Notes under the pieces: model-generated
Told to the model about the DNA's origin: nothing
Database searches by the model: none
Seen by the model: only the letters and a program-made list of their open reading frames with translations
Origin: Chiloscyllium plagiosum
Taxonomy: Eukaryota
NCBI RefSeq assembly: GCF_004010195.1
Contig: NC_057719.1
Location: forward strand, 50,519,008-50,583,007
Direction: 5' to 3'
DNA: 64,000 nucleotides
Part shown: positions 38,004 through 49,284 of the stretch, one piece after another
Layout of the letters: every line of letters starts with the position of its first letter
How positions within the stretch are numbered: the stretch's first letter is position 1
Program-made: the position numbers and the translations under genes

Positions 38004-41000
38004 ATGGCTAGCCATTTGCTTAGGTGGTGCACCTGGAATGTCAAGGGAGCCATTTGCCAATCAAAAGGAAAAAGATATTATCAAGTCGTAAAAAAGAAAG
38101 GGTTGATGTAGCTCTCTTACAGGAGACACATCTACTTGATAAAAAGCATTCAAAGCTACAACAGGGTGGGTTTGGTCAGGCGTTCTTTTCATCTTTCATC
38201 TCAAAAAGTAGGGGAGTAGCCATTCTTATCGGAAGAATCTTCCTTTCCAAATGTTAAGCCAGATAAAAGATGAGTCTGGATGGTATATATTGATCAAAGC
38301 CCTAACACACAGAGGAATACGGAACTTTGAATCTTTATTGTCCCCAGGCACACCCTTTTAATTTTGTAACGGAAGCATTCTCTCAGTTAATGGTTTTTGG
38401 GGCCGCCATACAATTATAGGAGGAGATTTTAACTGTATTATTGACCCGGAGATGGATAGTAGACCTAGGAGCACTACGGATATATCTCTGAGATCCAGAC
38501 AATTGGCAGATCTGAACAAGGAGCTAGGACTAGTAGATGTGTGGAGGTGTTTTCATCCCCAGGGTAGAGACTTTACTTTCTACTCCAACCTACACAAGTA
38601 CCATACCAGAGTTGATATGTTTTTTGCTCCCTCGACCCTATTGAATTCGATACTGTCCTGTAAAATAGGTAATATAACTATTTCTGATCATGCCGCAGTA
38701 TATATGGAAGTTAAGACTACCGGATGATGGGATGGGCCCCCAATATTGGCGTATGGATTCTTTCTTATTAAAGGATAGCAAATTTATAAAGTATTTTTTG
38801 CAGGAATTCAAAATCTCCTGGGATATTAACTCAGGTATGGCTAGTAACCCTTCGATGATGTGGGAGACCACTCAGGCATATGCTCGAGGCTTGGTCATCT
38901 CCTATTCTGTGCCCCGGAAAAGACAAAAGGGAGAGCAACAACGCCTGCATGAGACTCACTTGAAGGCAGCTGAAATTGCGTTTGTTGATAGGTCCTCCAT
39001 TAGTAAGCTACAAAGGATCACAGCCCTTAGGACAGCCTTGAATACCGCACTTACCCAAACAGCAAAGAGGCGAGTATTATTCACAAAGCAGAGATTATTT
39101 GAATATGGCGACAAGCCTGGCAGATATCTAGCGTACCTTGCCAAAAAGAAAAAGGCTCCCAAGCCATTACATCCATTAGAGAAAGTGCTGGTACCCTGAC
39201 TTGTGATCGTAAAAAGATCAATACAGCCTTTAGAAAGTTCTATTCTGAATTGTATAAGCCGCAGGACTGTGAGGATAGAACTGGGGAGATGGAGTCCTTC
39301 TTTAAAAATTTGGCCCTTCCGGGCTTAATCTCGGAGCAGTTGTTGATCTTGAAAGCCCCCTTGACAACCCAGGAAGTACAGGACGTGGTTAGGCAGCTTC
39401 AGAGTGGCAAAGTGCCTGGGCCAGACGAGTTCGACAAAGAATTTATAGGGCAACTGGCTGGGCCACTCATAAATATGTACAATTACTCACACAGTCAGGG
39501 CTGCCTCCTGTCTTTGTTCAGAGGAGCAAATATTTCTCTCATCCTTAAGAAGGGAAAGGCCCCAGAAGATTGCTCTTCATATAGACTCATATCCTTGTTA
39601 AATGTGGATTTTAAAGTTCTTTCAAAAATGTCAGCTCCATTAAGACTGGAGAGGGTTTTACCATTCATTATAAAATAGAACCAGATGGGTTTTATAAAGG
39701 GTTGCATGTCAACTAATAACATTAGAAGGTCTTAAATATGATACAAGCCTGTCATCAGGGAACAATACCGAGTTCAGTTGACTCCCTAGATGCAGAGAAG
39801 GCATTTGATTAGGTAGAATGGCCATATCTTTTGTATACATTGGAAAGGTTCGGTGTTGGAGAGATGTTTACTAAATGGGTTTCAGTATTATCTAACAATC
39901 CCAAAGCAGTGGTGATCACCAATGGTTTAAGTTCGAATAGCTTTAGCATTGGCAGGGGCTGTCGTCAGGGATGTCCTCTTTCACCATTACTATTTACACT
40001 AGTAATTGAAGCACGAGCGGAAGCTATACGACCTGACCCTAATATAACGGCTGCGAGGGTTGGATCGGGCAAGCACAAAATTACTCTCTCTGCAGATGAT
40101 GTCCTCCTTTTCTTAAGTAATCCTTTGACATCTGTGCCTTGTCTAATTTAAGTGGTCAATTTATTCGGTATTTTCTCAGGTTACAAAATCAATTTTATGA
40201 AATCGGATGCCATACTGGTGGGAGGCCTTGCCAGTATACCTAATTTACCGGACGGATCTTGCTTTCCCTTTCGGTGGTCACTAGAAGGTTTTCTGTACTT
40301 AGGTATTTTTTATCACTCCAGTATTTGGTCAGCTGTATAAAGCCAATTATGTACACTTATTAGAGAAAATATGGCAGGACCTTCAATGCAGGGGAGATCT
40401 CCCAATATCCTGGCTAGGCAGAGTTAAGATGAATATTCTATCTCTGTCTTTTATATCCTATGAAAATGCTTCCCTTGATGCTGCCAAGACAGGCGTTGCG
40501 TAAGCTTTACGGCTGGCTTGGCTCATTTGTTTGGCATGATAGATGGCCCCTTATCAAATTAGAAAAGCTGCAGCTCTCAAAAGCAAGGAGAGGACTGGAC
40601 TTTCCAGATTTCAGGAGGTACCAATTGAGCTTCTTATTATCTTATGTAGCTGATTGGTTCTCTTGTGACCCACAATCAATCTGGTTAGATATTGAGACCT
40701 CCCAAGCAAAATGTCCCCATATCAATCTATTATTCATGGACAAGATGAGAGCTGTTATGGATTATTGTAAAATTCCTGGAGGACGATGTGACAAGATGAG
40801 GGTAATCTGCAAAAAAAACCTCCCCTTATACCCCTATAATGGGAGCCCTGGGATTTCAGCCAGGGTTGACAGTTGCTACATTTAAAACTTGGGAGTCCAG
40901 AGGCATCTCCTGCTTGGGAGATATATTTGGTGGGGAAGTTATGATGTCGTTTAAGCAGCTGGACCAGAAGTTTGGACTGCCTAACAAGGACCTCTTTTGG

Positions 41001-41717
41001 TATTTTTAAATATGAGACTTTATCCAAAACAAGACCATACTGAAAATCAATCCTTACAAATCGGATAGGGAAAGGAGAGTGCTATGGCTGATGATCTCGA
41101 AGGACATGGAACGACTATATAAAACCTGGAATCAAGAATTCGGGTTGGAAATCTCTTTAGAAATGTGGGAGGACCTCTGGGAAAATGCCAGAAAGATCTC
41201 TATCTGTAACAGAACTCAGGCTACTTAATTAAAGATACTTCACAGGGCTCACATTGCACCTGAACGACTCGAAAATTCCAGGCAGGAGCATCCCCAATGT
41301 GCCCTAAATGTAAAATAGATGTTGGTGCTCTCACGCGTTGTGTATGGACGTGCCATGACATCTCGTAGGTATTGGGATGGAGGAGCAAATGCCTTGACAG
41401 AGATTTTGGGTACGGAGATTAGACCGGATCCAATGTCCCTACTTTGGGCTCTCCAAATTTCCTCTCCCTGGATGTATACGGGAAGAAGTTATTTTCTATC
41501 CTCTCCTTTTGTGCGAGGAAAAATATTTTAGTAATTGGATATCCAAGGGCCCCCCAGGACTTTCAAACTGGCACAGGGTAATCATGGAATATACCCCTTT
41601 GACCTCCTCACGAATATGGTGCACCAAAAAACGGAATCATTTTATAAAACATGGCAGCCCTTTTTGAACTATATCAACACAGATATTTCAGCCATATTGT
41701 CCAGGGCTTTTGCTTAA
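38004..41717 (+). pseudogene. L1 ORF2p remnant (APE endonuclease + RT + Cys-rich C-terminus)
   Basis: 'CTWNVKG', 'DVALLQETHL', 'ITISDHAAV', 'SYRLISLLNVDFKVLSK', 'GCRQGCPLSPLLF' and 'SADDVLL'; multiple stops and frameshifts. Confidence 0.93.
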
Positions 41718-42734
41718 CTGTGGTAATGGTTCTGGCTGGTTCAGGGGCCCCTGGGAGGAGGAATCCTGTATAAATACGGGTTCTATTATGACTTGATGTA
41801 AATGTATTTTGAGCATGTAGCTAATGATTTAATTACTTTGTTGCTCATTGTTAGTAATGTTTGATATCCTATTTTATGTTTTGGTTGTTTGTAGAATAGA
41901 TTATTAGTTGGGGTTTTTCCTTTTTTTATTTATTTAATTTTATATTGTAAAGTGGAATACTCTTGTGTTATTTTTGTAATTTTGTAAAAAAACTTAAACA
42001 TTTTCTTTTTTCCAAAAAAAAACTTAACGTGGTAATTTAGTTCTGGTTATCTGTCTTCATCTTTTTCTCTGTAGTGGTGTTAATTTTGCTTTCTAATGCA
42101 TTTATTCTCCTTGCCATCTGGGAAAGAGATGAGCACAAATCCACACCTTATGCATTTCTGTTTGCCTTCAGGCAGAAGTGAGCAATGTTTCTATTTCAAG
42201 TTTTACTAATACTTAGAAATACAGTACATTTCTATGTAAAATGAAAGCACAATAAATTGAGTGCTTCAAATGCAACTTTTGGTCATGACATACTTATAAA
42301 TTTAAAATAATACATTTTTTCCATATGTGAATAAGGAAGATGCATGTGATCTCTTTACCTTTCAAACTCCAGCATATCATTTTTTGACTCCATGTACAGA
42401 TTTAGTTTTACTCAAGTTTTAATTGTTATGTGCTTTTTAAACACTGTCAAAATTGTCAAATTAGGAAGACCAAAGCACACCTGGAACATTTTCTTAAGGA
42501 GCAAAATTATAAGGAGAGTGTATAATTTTAAAAAAAGGTGACTGGGGCAGTGGAATATTTAAACATATTGAGTTAAAGTGGATTATGACAAGTCAATTTT
42601 GATAGCAACATAATTGTTCTACCACTGTGTGGAGCTATATAAGTTCAACAGCTATTGTATTCTAACTGGAGCCGAGAGTACTTTTAAATGTAACAGCTGC
42701 ACATTATGGTTTCTGTTGCAGAAATTAAATGAGA

Positions 42735-42900
42735 CAATGTTGGAAACATTAAGTAGGTCTGGCATCACAATCATAATGGGGTATGTTCTGTTGAAAGGTC
42801 ACTGAATGAAACGTTATTTCTGTTATTCTCCACTGATACTGCCTGACTTGCTGGGTATTTTTGCTATTTATTTCCTGTATTCACAGTATTTTGCTTTTCT
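42735..42900. mobile_element. Old hammerhead-family copy with short inverted 5' piece
   Basis: 'gttctgttgaaaggtcactgaatgaaacgttatt...ctgcctgacttgctgggtat' preceded by an inverted 'aatgttggaaacattaagtaggtctggcatca'. Confidence 0.55.
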
Positions 42901-43719
42901 GTTTAGGTTACACAGATGGCATGTACAAAGAAGTCTCAGTAATCCACAGTGCAAATGTAAAGCCATATTTGAAATGCTTCTTAAAAATGTTGGTAGTGAT
43001 TTTATTTTGATATTCATTTTCCACAGTGCAATATGGGTTCCTGAAAGAAATTAAGATTTTAATGTTCTTGCCAGTTGATCATCTGCAGTGATTACCAATG
43101 GGGAATCAGAGTTAGTGATAGTATTCAGGCCCAGCAGTTTTAGAGGTGACAGTTTAATAAGACTAAGAAGTGTTATGGTGGAAGAGAGGTCAAAGTGAAA
43201 ACTGCGTGATATGTGAGGACGATTGCTCATTTGGGATGTGGCAGTTGCTAAATCTCCTCTGCAGGAAGGGAGTGCTATATCGCGATTCCATTTAGAAGGG
43301 CAACCACTTCCTCTCAAAGCTGTTCAGTGAGGCCAGTTCTTGAAAAGCTGCTCAGTACTGGAGAGATAATTGTCAGGACAAAGATGTCGGTTTAGGATGT
43401 CGGTGCAATTAGTTGGATCTGAATTTTTTTGTTGAATATAATTCTAGGCTTTTCCACATTCTCTATTTTTTCTTGTCAAGCTGCTGCTTAGGATCTTTGG
43501 TTTATTTCTTTGCTGTCCCACCTCTAATTTTGTCCTTCAATTTGATTTCATCTTCCTATCAGTCCTAACTTGGATTTGAGAAGGATGGAAAGATAGTTAA
43601 TGTAACATCTTGATTCAAGAAAAGAGGGAGACAGAAATCAGAAGCTTATAGGCAACTAATCATAATATCTTCAGAGGTAATTTGCTAGAATACATTATTA
43701 GGGAAGTTATAGTAGATTG

Positions 43720-44010
43720 CTAGATTTCCTCGAGTGTGGAAACAGGCCCTTCGGCCCAACCAGTCCACACCAACTGTCTGAAGAGTAACCCACCCAGACC
43801 CATTTCCCTCTGACTAATGTACCTAACAATATGGGCAATTTAACATGGCGAATTCACCTGACCTGCACATCTTTGGACTGTGGGAGGAAACCGGAGCACC
43901 CGGAGGAAACCCACGCAGACGCGGTGAGAGTGTGCAAACTCTACACAGACAGTCACCTGAGGCTGGAATCGAACCTGGGACCCTGGTGCTGTGAGGCAGC
44001 AGTGCTAACC
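43720..44010 (-). mobile_element. HE1-type SINE
   Basis: HE1 core and tail; head truncated after the A box. Confidence 0.92.
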
Positions 44011-44280
44011 TTATGAAAAGAAAACTCAAACTAATCTATTCGAGTTGTGAGGAAGTGACAAACAAAGTTGATAAAAGACAACTTGGATTTCCAGAATGCA
44101 TTTGATAAGATGCCATGTGAAAGGTTACTACACAAGATTAAGCATATAGTGGTTGTGGTGGAGTGGTGGGGAGAAACACATGAGCATGGATAAAGGATCG
44201 GTCAGTTAACAGAAAAGCAAAATAGTAGTGATAAATACATACATTTTTGGTTGGCAAGTTGCAACTAGTAGAGTGCCACA

Positions 44281-44400
44281 GGGCTTCTGCCCGAAACGTC
44301 GATTCTTCTGCTCCTCAGACGCTGCCTGATCTGCTGTGCTGTTCCAGTGCCACACTTTTTGACTCTGATCTCCAGAATCAGTAGTCTTCACTTTCTCCTC
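44281..44400 (+). mobile_element. Short hammerhead-family retroelement, 5'-truncated in the core
   Basis: GGGC ttct GCCC GAAA CGTC gatt then body and tail; flanked by GCCACA at 44275-44280 and 44401-44406. Confidence 0.85.
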
Positions 44401-44574
44401 GCCACACAGATCTATCCTGTTTACAATCTATATCAATGACTTGGATGGAAGAGCAAATGTATGTAATTAAATTTGTTGAAGAAAACAAATGACATGAAAA
44501 AGTAAGTTGGCAAGATGAGGCGGAGTGACTTTGAAGCAAAATAGAGAGCTTGGGTGAGTGGGCAGATTTTGACT

Positions 44575-44703
44575 GGAGAAAGTGAGGTCTGCAGATGCTG
44601 GAGATCAAAGTTGAAACTTTATTGCTGGAACAGCACAGCAGGTCAGGCAGCATCCAGGGAACAGGAGATTCGACGTTTTGGGCACAGGCCCTTCTTCAGG
44701 AAT
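44575..44703 (-). mobile_element. Short hammerhead-family retroelement, full length
   Basis: Reverse complement ATTC-CTGAAGA-A-GGGC ctgt GCCC-aAAA-CGTC-GAAT (4-bp stem I) plus body and tail. Confidence 0.88.
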
Positions 44704-44934
44704 GATAAATGTACTATAATGTGGTAAAATGTGAACTTGTCCACTTTTGCAGAAAAAAGAGAAAAGCAATAAACTATTAAAATTGGAGAAAGATTGTAGA
44801 AATTGGTCACACAGGAAGATCTGGGTGTTCTAGTCCATGAATCACGTAATATCAGTATCCAGATGATTGGGAAGGCAAATGGAATGTTGATGTTTATTGC
44901 AAGGGGAATAGAATAAGAATAGTTAAGTTTTGTT

Positions 44935-45908
44935 GGAGTCAGTATTGGGGCCACTGTTGTTTGTAATATACATAAATGATCTAGAAGAGGGCAATGTTGG
45001 TACGATCAGCAAGTTTGCAGATGACACGAAGATTGGTGGAGTAGCAGAAAGCATAAGGGACTGTCAGAGAATACAGGATGGTATAGATAGACTGGAGAGT
45101 TGGGCAGAAAAGTGGCAGATGGCTTTCAGTCCAGACAATTTAGGCAAGTCTAATTTGAGAGCGAATTATACAATGAATGGAAGAGCCTTGGGAAACGTTG
45201 ATGGGAGGAGAGATCTGGGAGTGCAAGTCCATTGTATCCTGAAGGTTGCTGCACAGGTGGATAGAGTGGTCAAGAAAGCATATAGTATGCTTGCCTTCAT
45301 TGGACGGGGTATTGAGTGTAAGAGCTGGCAAGTCATGTTAAAATTGTACAAGACATTGATTCAGTTGCATTTGGAATACTGTGTACAGTTCTGGTTACCA
45401 CATTACCTAAAGGATGTGGATGCTTTGGAGAGGGTGCAGAAAAGGTTTATGAGGATGTTGCCTGATGCTAGCTATGAAGAGAGGTTGAGTAGGTTAGGTT
45501 TATTTTCACTAGAAAAAAGGAGATTGAGGGGGGACCCGATTGAGGTTTACAAAATCATGAAGGGTAGAGACAGGGTGGATAGAGACAAGCTTTTTCCCAG
45601 GGTGAAAGATTCAATAATGCGAGGTCATGCTTTCAAGGTGAGAGGTGGAAAGTTTAAAGGGGATACACGTGGCAAGTACTTCACACAGAAGATGGTGGGC
45701 ATTTGGAATGTGTTGCCAGCAGAGGTGGTAGAGGCAGGCACAGTAGGTTCATTTAAGATGCGTCTGGACAGATGCATGAGAAGGTGGGGAGCAGAGGGAT
45801 GCAAATGCTTAGGAATTGACCGACAGGTTAAGACAGTACATTTGGATTGAATCAGGCTTGGAGTGCCAAAGGGCCTGTTCCTGGGCTGTAAATTTTCTTT
45901 GTTCTTTA
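44935..45908 (+). mobile_element. CR1 3' fragment with 306-aa open ORF2 C-terminus
   Basis: 'SVLGPLLFVIYINDL', 'SKFADDTKIGG' and 'HLEYCVQFWLPH'; tail 'ttctttgttcttt'. Confidence 0.95.
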
Positions 45909-45911
45909 TTC

Positions 45912-47232
45912 AAATGTTGTTCCCAAGGAGGGGAGTAGAGACAACCCTGGAAATTATAGACCTGTGAGCCTTCCTTCAGTTGTAGGTAAAGTGTTGGAAA
46001 GGGTCATAAGAGAGAGGATTTATAATCATCTAGAGATGAATAAGTTGATTAGGGATAGTCAACATGGTTTTGTGAAAGGTAGGTCGTGCCTCACAAATTT
46101 TATTGAGTTCTTTGAGAAGGTGAACAAAGAGGTGGATGGGGGAAAAGCAGTTGATGTAGTCTATGTGGTTTTCAGTAAGGCATTTGATAAGGTTCCTCAC
46201 AGCAGGCTATTGCACAAAATACAGAGGCATAGGATTGAGGGTGATTTAGCGGTTTGGATCAGAAATTGGCTGGCTGAAAGAAGGCCGAGGGTGGTGGTTG
46301 ATGGGAAATATTCATTCTGGAGTTCAGTTACTAGTGGGGTACTGCAAGGATCTGTTTTGGGTCCACTGTTGTTTGTCATTTATATAAATGACCTGGATGA
46401 GGGCATAGAAGGATGGGTTAGTAAATTTGCGGATGACACTGAGGTCGGCAGAGCTGTGGATAGTGACGAAGGATGTTGTAGGCTACAGAGAGACATAGAT
46501 AAGCTGCAGAGCTGGCTGAGAGGTGGCAAATGGAGTTTAATGCAGAAAAGTGAGAGGTGATACACTTTGGAAGGAGTAACAGGACTGCAGATTACTGGGC
46601 TAATGGTAAGATTCTTGGTAGATGAGCAGAGAGATCTCAGTGTCCATGTACATAGATCCTTGAAAGTTGCCACCAGTTTGGAACCATGAGATCATGCTGC
46701 AGCTGTACAAAACTCTAGTCCAACCACATTTGGAGTATTGCGTACAGTTCTGGTCACCGCATTATAGGAAGGATGTGAAAGCTTCGGAGGCGGTTCAGAG
46801 GAGATTGACTAGGATGTTGCCTGGTATGGAGGGAAAGTCTTATGAGAAAAGGCTGAGGGACTTGAGGCTGTTTTCATTAGAGAGAAGACGGTTGAGAGGC
46901 GACTTAATTGAGACATATAAGATAATCAGAGGATTAGATAGGATTGGACAGTGAGAGCCTTTTTCCTTGGATGGCGATGGCTCGCACGAGGGGACATAGC
47001 TTTAAATTGAGGGGTGATAGATTTCAGGCAGATGTCAGAGGTTGGTTTATTTACTCAGAGGAATAGAGGTATCGGACCCACTGCCTGCAACAGTAGTAGA
47101 CTTGCCAACTTTAAGGACATTTAAATGGTCAATGTATAGGCATATGGACGAGAATGGAATAGTGTAGGTTGGTTCCACAGGTTGGCACAACATTGAGGGC
47201 GGAAGGGCCTTTACTGTGCTGTTATGTTTATA
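45912..47232 (+). mobile_element. CR1 RT plus 3' end
   Basis: 'SQHGFVKGRSCLTNFIEFFE', 'FSKAFDKVPH' and 'KFADDT'; followed by a 3' UTR. Confidence 0.95.
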
Positions 47233-47236
47233 TGAC

Positions 47237-48205
47237 AGGCCTTCAACTCTGGGATCATTCTTATAAACCTCCTCTCGACCCCTCCAACACCAGCACTTCC
47301 TTCTTTCAATAGAGGGCCCAAAACTGCTCACAATATTCCAAATGCAGTCTGACCAAAGTCAGCAGTAATTTCTGTTTTGGTGTTCTTGTCCTTCTTGAAA
47401 TGAATGCTATCATTGCATTTGCCTTCTTAACTGCTAATTGAACCTCGATGTTAACCTTCAGAGAACCTGAACTAGGACTCCCAAGTCCCTTTGTGCTTCA
47501 GATTTAGATTAGATTAGATTACATTACAGTGTGGAAACAGGCCCTTCGGCCCAACAAGCCCACACCGACCTGCCGAAGCGCAAACCACCCATACCCCTAC
47601 ATTTACCCCTTACCTCACACTACGGACAATTCAGCATGGCCAATTCACCTGACCTGCACATCTTTGGACTGTGGGAGGAAACCGGAGCACCCGGATGAAA
47701 CCCACGCAGACACGGGGAGAATGTGCAAACTCCACACAGTCAGTCGCCTGAGGCGGGAATTGAACCCGGGTCTCTGGCGCTGTGAGGCAGCAGTGCTAAC
47801 CACTGTGCCACCGTGCCGCCCACGAAGCCTTTCCCCATTTAGCCAATGCCTCTATTCTTCCTACCAGAGTTCATAACCTCACATCTTCCCACATTGTATT
47901 CTATCTGTCACTTTGCCCATTATCCTATCCTGTCTGAGTCCTTCTGGAGCCTCTCTACTTCCTCAATGCTACCTACTTCTCCACACATCTTCACGTCATC
48001 TTCAAATTAAGCAACAATATACTCAGTTCCTTCATCCAGATCTTCACTTAGAATATGAATAGTTGTGGTCCCAATTTTTGCAGAACTGCACTAGTCACTG
48101 GCTGCCATATTGAAAAAGAACCCTTTATCCCTACACTTTACCTTCTGCCAGTCACCGATACTCTGCCTATGCCAGTTCCTTGCTGCTTTGGGGTCTTATC
48201 TTAAT
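47237..48205 (-). mobile_element. CR1 fragment split by an HE1 SINE
   Basis: Reversed 'EYCEQFWAL' segment at 47313-47340 and RT remnants at 47830-48200. Confidence 0.8.
47503..47821 (-). mobile_element. Young HE1-type SINE
   Basis: Intact head GGGCGGCACGGTGGCACAGTGGTTAGC, B box, core and (TCTAA)n tail; CpGs retained. Confidence 0.95.
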
Positions 48206-48544
48206 TGTGATAGAACAATTCCAAGAAGGTTGAGTTGACTCATTCCTGGGATGAAGTGCTTCTCTTCCAAAGAAACGTTGAACAGATTGTGCCTGAGAAA
48301 TGTGCTCTTTCAGAAGATTGTTAGCACATGGAATTCTCTTCCCCAGAAAGAAGTAGTCAATGCAGTGTTGAATACATTTATGGCAGACAAGGGAGTTGAG
48401 AGTTATGGTGGAAAGAGGAATTGAGACCATGACGGGGTCAACCACAATCTTATTGAGTGATGGAGCTGACTTGAAGAGCTGAACGGCCAAATCCTGCACT
48501 GAAGTCCTTCCTTTGTAACATGAGGTAGTATTAAGCTATGCTTG

Positions 48545-48570
48545 TAGTGCCACCTAGAGGTGAAATGCAA
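48545..48570 (-). promoter_or_regulatory. Candidate CTCF site with upstream module
   Basis: Minus strand TTGCA-TTTCA-CCTCTAGGTGGCACTA matches the CTCF core plus the TGCA upstream motif; lies in unique sequence. Confidence 0.55.
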
Positions 48571-49163
48571 TTAAAATGGTGCAAGTTAATACTGTATGTA
48601 GTTAAACGTATAGGATATTAGGTGTTACTTTAGAAAAAATGCTGCACACTCTTTTTTAAAAAAAAAGCCTTTTTATAAGCACACTTCTTCCCTCGAGCTG
48701 AATGGTGTCACTTTAAAGCTGAGGCTCAAGAACTGACAGCAGAGAGTTATATTGTTATTTGTGATCTAGATTTGGTCAAGGAAAGCAGTACTCTATGCAT
48801 GCTTCACGTTTTGCTAGCTTTGCTGTGTTTAAAAATAAAGTCTTGAACAATGAATAGTTGTTTGTTCTTTAAATGTGCACTTTATTGTAAGTGAAGGTAT
48901 ATTTAATGTGGTTCAGCACAACTTTTGTTCAAATGAATGACCTTAAGATTGGGTTATTAGAGGTTATATATATTTTTTGATTTTCATTCCAAATTAATGT
49001 AGCCAGTGCTGCTAATTTAAACCAAATGGTTGGGTTTGTTTCATTTTAGGGCATCTCAAGTGCCTTGACCTAGATCTACAGATAATCATACAAACAAAAG
49101 CATACAATTTTCTTCAACAAACTGTGCAGGTTACAGGAATTTTATTTTTCTCTCCCACCTCAG

Positions 49164-49284
49164 GAAATCGTAATTTTTTTGATGAGCTTCTAAATAATCA
49201 GGAAACTCCAGCAAGTGGGATTGATACTGTAGAGAAGACCAGTGTTGCTATGACAACTGCAGGCAGACATCCAGACAAGTCCAG
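49164..49284 (+). CDS. Host gene coding exon (GNRNFFDELLNNQETPASGIDTVEKTSVAMTTAGRHPDKS); possible extension to 49050
   Basis: Strong acceptor ttttatttttctctcccacctcAG and donor CAG|GTAAAA; open in phase 1, matching the donor at 9991. Confidence 0.7.

Larger units (their letters stand above)
36480..42020 (+). mobile_element. Near full-length decayed L1 LINE
   Basis: 5' UTR, ORF1, about 660-bp spacer, ORF2, T-rich 3' UTR and A-tail; degenerate TSD AAC(C/T)TAAC(T/G)TGGT at 36467-36479 and 42021-42033. Confidence 0.93.
43560..44930 (+). mobile_element. Old CR1 RT region carrying nested SINE and hammerhead-family insertions (3' end probably 48205-48520)
   Basis: 'ttggatttccagaatgcatttgataagatgcc' (LDFQ.AFDK.P) and 'aaatgtgaacttgtccacttt' (KCELVHF). 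Confidence 0.8.

Noticed and set aside
44930..45850. Longest ORF (306 aa) as a possible domesticated gene
   Set aside because: It is a 5'-truncated CR1 ORF2 C-terminus with no real start codon, small deletions and an intact LINE tail.
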